From positions 68,510-132,509 of the forward strand of contig NIVC01000772.1 in the NCBI GenBank assembly GCA_002269645.1: DNA of 64,000 nucleotides. The letters run 5' to 3'. Shown piece after piece: positions 61,270 to 64,000 of this stretch. The notes beneath the pieces were generated by a model that was not told where the DNA came from, did no database searches, and saw only the letters and a program-made list of their open reading frames with translations. Position 1 is the stretch's first letter; each line of letters begins with the position of its first letter. A program made the position numbers and the translations under genes. Origin of the DNA: Macrostomum lignano. Taxonomy: Eukaryota.

Positions 61270-61660
61270 ACATGAACCACCTCAACAGCGCACCAACCAC
61301 CCACCCGCAGCCAACCCCTGCCCCGCATACATCACCCACCCGCAGCCAACCCCTGCCCCGGCCCCCGCACACATCACCCACCCGCAGCCAACCCCTGCCC
61401 CGGCCCCCGCACACATCACCCACCCGCAGCCAACCCCTGCCCCGCACACATCACCCACCCGCAGCCAACCCCTGCCCCGGCCCCCGCACACATCACCCAC
61501 CCGCAGCCAACCCCTGCCCCGCACACATCACCCACCCGCAGCCAACCCCTGCCCCGCACACATCACCCCCCGCAGCCAACTCCTGCCCCGCACACATCAC
61601 CCACCCCGCAGCCAACCCCTACCCCGCACCCACCACCCCACCCGCAGCCACTCCTGCCCC
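61270..61660. repeat. ~33-39-bp C-rich minisatellite
   Basis: cacacatcacccacccgcagccaacccctgccccg units. Confidence 0.9.
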
Positions 61661-61831
61661 ACACCCACCCAGAACAGGCAGGCAATCCCGGCCAATCAAT
61701 CTACATGTAATGATTTTTTACCTTGCCACTCTACTCATAGTAGACATATAGAGAAATTACGTTAAGTAATAAAATACGCTGCCAATTATTTGATTCTTAA
61801 GCGGTTGACCATTCTATCCTCACGCTGTCAG

Positions 61832-62205
61832 AAGTCGCACGTCTACAAGAAGACTCTGCAGGCCATCTGTTACCCAATCAGCTGCACCACGCCGCACAAG
61901 TTCCAAATCTGGTCGGCCACCAGCCCAACCTACTGCTACGAGTGCGAGGGTCTGCTGTGGGGCCTCGCGCGGCAAGGCGTCCGCTGCACGGAGTGCGGAG
62001 TTAAAACTCACGAGAAGTGCAAAGATTTGCTCAATGCCGACTGTCTGCAGAGGGCAGCGGAGAAATCTTCCAAGCACGGGGCCGAGGACAAGCTCGCCAC
62101 AATGAAGCAGGCGATGCAGGACCGGATGCTGGCTAGGGAGCAGACTAAGCCTGAGGTGTTCGAACTGATCAGACTGGTGTTCGGGGTGGACGAGAGAACC
62201 CACAG
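61832..62205 (+). CDS. unc-13: unc-13 exon, C1 (DAG/phorbol-ester-binding) domain
   Basis: ctgtcag|AAG...AG|gttggt. [20 protein letters not shown]...[37 protein letters not shown], with all H/C zinc ligands present. Confidence 0.95.
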
Positions 62206-62224
62206 GTTGGTTACTGAGTTCCCA

Positions 62225-63305
62225 GGGCAGTTACTGATCAATCCGCCCTCTCGTCATTCTATCCGTTTCATCAATCTGCCCTTCCATCATTCCATCAGTT
62301 TCATAAATCCGCCCCTTCCCTCATTCTATCCGTTTCATCAACCCGCCCCTTCCATCATTCCATCCACTCCATCAATCCGCCCTTCCATCATTCCATCCGC
62401 TCCATCAATCCGCCCCTTCCATCATTCCATCCGCTTCATCAATCCGCCCCTTCTATCGTTCCATCAGTTTCATCAATCCGCCCTTCCATCATTCCATCCG
62501 CTCCATCAATCCGCCCCTTCCGTCATTCCATCCGCTTCATCAATCCGCCCCTTCCATCATTCCATCCGCTTCATCAATCCGCCCCTTCCGTCATTCCATC
62601 CGCTTCATCAATCCGCCCCTTCCATCATTCCATCCGCTTCATCAATCCGCCCCTTCCGTCATTCCATCCGCTTCATCAATCCGCCCCTTCCATCATTCCA
62701 TCCGCTTCATCAATCCGCCCCTTCCATCATTCCATCCGCTTCATCAATCCGCCCCTTCCGTCATTCCATCCGTTTCATCAATCCGCCCCTTCCATCATTC
62801 CATCCGCTTCATCAATCCGCCCCTTCCGTCATTCCATCCGCTTCATCAATCCGCCCTTCCATCATTCCATCCGCTTCATCAATCCGCCCCTTCCATCATT
62901 CCATCCGCTTCATCAATCCGCCCCTTCCATCATTCCATCCGCTTCATCAATCCGCCCCTTCCATCATTCCATCCGCTTCATCAATCCGCCCCTTCCGTCA
63001 TTCCATCCGCTTCATCAATCCGCCCCTTCCATCATTCCATCCGCTTCATCAATCCGCCCCTTCCATCATTCCATCCGCTTCATCAATCCGCCCCTTCCAT
63101 CATTCCATCCGCTTCATCAATCCGCCCCTTCCATCATTCCATCCGCTTCATCAATCCGCCCCTTCCCTCATTCCATCCGCTTCATCAATCCGCCCCTTCC
63201 ATCATTCCATCCGCTTCATCAATCCGCCCCTTCCCTCATTCCATCCGCTTCATCAATCCGCCCTTCCCTCATTCCATCAGTTTCATCAATCCGCCCTTCC
63301 ATCCA
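62225..63305. repeat. 34-bp minisatellite (ccatccgcttcatcaatccgccccttccatcatt) filling the C1-C2B intron
   Basis: About 30 copies. Stop-poor, which creates the spurious 597-aa ORF. Confidence 0.95.
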
Positions 63306-63427
63306 TCCTCAGCGCATCCCCTCTTCCCATCTCGCACTTCCTCGTCGCATTTTCAGACCTCTCATTGGTTTTGCAGTCGAATTCGACGCCCATAGCAACC
63401 CGTCGACTTCCCCTCTCCCATTTCAAG

Positions 63428-63643
63428 AGACCAGCTTCGCTCAGTCCAACAGTCGATTCTCGAGGGCAGCAGCAACTGGAGCGCAAAGATCGCCATCACA
63501 GTGATCTCGGCGCAGGGTCTGATCGGCAAGGACAAGACGGGAACGTCCGACCCATACGTCACTGTTCAAGTCGGCAGACTTAAAAAGCGAACTAAAACGG
63601 TGCCTCAAGAGTTGAACCCCAACTGGAATGAGAAGTTCTACTT
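63428..63643 (+). CDS. unc-13: unc-13 exon, C2B domain
   Basis: atttcaag|A...TT|gtgagt. [33 protein letters not shown]...[10 protein letters not shown] (frame absent from ORF track). Confidence 0.95.
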
Positions 63644-63741
63644 GTGAGTAGACTGTATCAGATTAATTTCAAGAAAATTAAATTGGTTCGAACCTCAGTT
63701 ACATACCTAATTAAGAATTTCAAAAACTTTCCTCGTTTCAG

Positions 63742-63783
63742 TGAGTGCCACAATTTTTCCGATCGAATCAAAGTTCGAGTTTG
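63742..63783 (+). CDS. unc-13: unc-13 exon, C2B (gene continues beyond window)
   Basis: cgtttcag|T...TG|gtaagt. ECHNFSDRIKVRVW. Confidence 0.92.
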
Positions 63784-64000
63784 GTAAGTGTCCTGACTGT
63801 GCTAATGAAGCCGGATAATGAAAGCACTTTGCTCTGATAAATACGTTTTTAAAGATAATTTGTGCATTTTATAAGTAAATTTGCTTGTTGGAAATTATTG
63901 GAAATTATTTTTTTGCATTTGCGCATGCTTTAAATGCGACTGAACGAGGTTAAGTTTTCATGAAGCTGCTAGAAAAACTGCTCAAATTACCGTAATTAAC

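Noticed and set aside
62000-62045. KTHEKC instead of KCHEKC as a broken C1 domain
   Set aside because: The replaced Cys is not one of the H-C-C-C-C-H-C-C zinc ligands, all of which are present.
61790-63583. 597-aa ORF as a C1 protein with a repetitive tail
   Set aside because: It is the C1 exon read through a 1222-nt satellite intron. The length is not a multiple of 3, and C2B is in another frame restored by splicing 62205 to 63428.

Overview
Eukaryotic (animal) genomic DNA with GC-rich exons, GT-AG introns and about 30 tandem-repeat arrays. The style resembles a flatworm such as Macrostomum; this is an inference, not verified. Five genes were rebuilt by hand with phase-consistent splice sites: (1) the 3' part of a TTLL4-like tubulin polyglutamylase (+, 2922-5681); (2) an ANKFN1/wide-awake-like ankyrin-FN3-RA protein (-, 14819-7964, 4 exons, 1081 aa); (3) TRIAP1/Mdm35 (-, 17540-17247); (4) a six-finger C2H2 protein (-, 21072-18652, 380 aa); (5) the 5' half of unc-13/Munc13 (+, 25627 to beyond the window end), covering C2A, a long linker, the calmodulin site, C1 and C2B. 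The unc-13 locus has two candidate alternative first exons (one starts with an N-myristoylation-type motif), two candidate microexons (9 and 27 nt) and a run of frame-preserving cassette exons including a 2.16-kb acidic exon. Between the divergent zinc-finger and unc-13 starts lies a dead LINE with a twin-priming 5' inversion and a 10-bp TSD, itself interrupted by a hAT-type MITE. Two SINEs are also present. Most ORF-track entries are artefacts of repeats. There is no CRISPR array or prokaryotic system.
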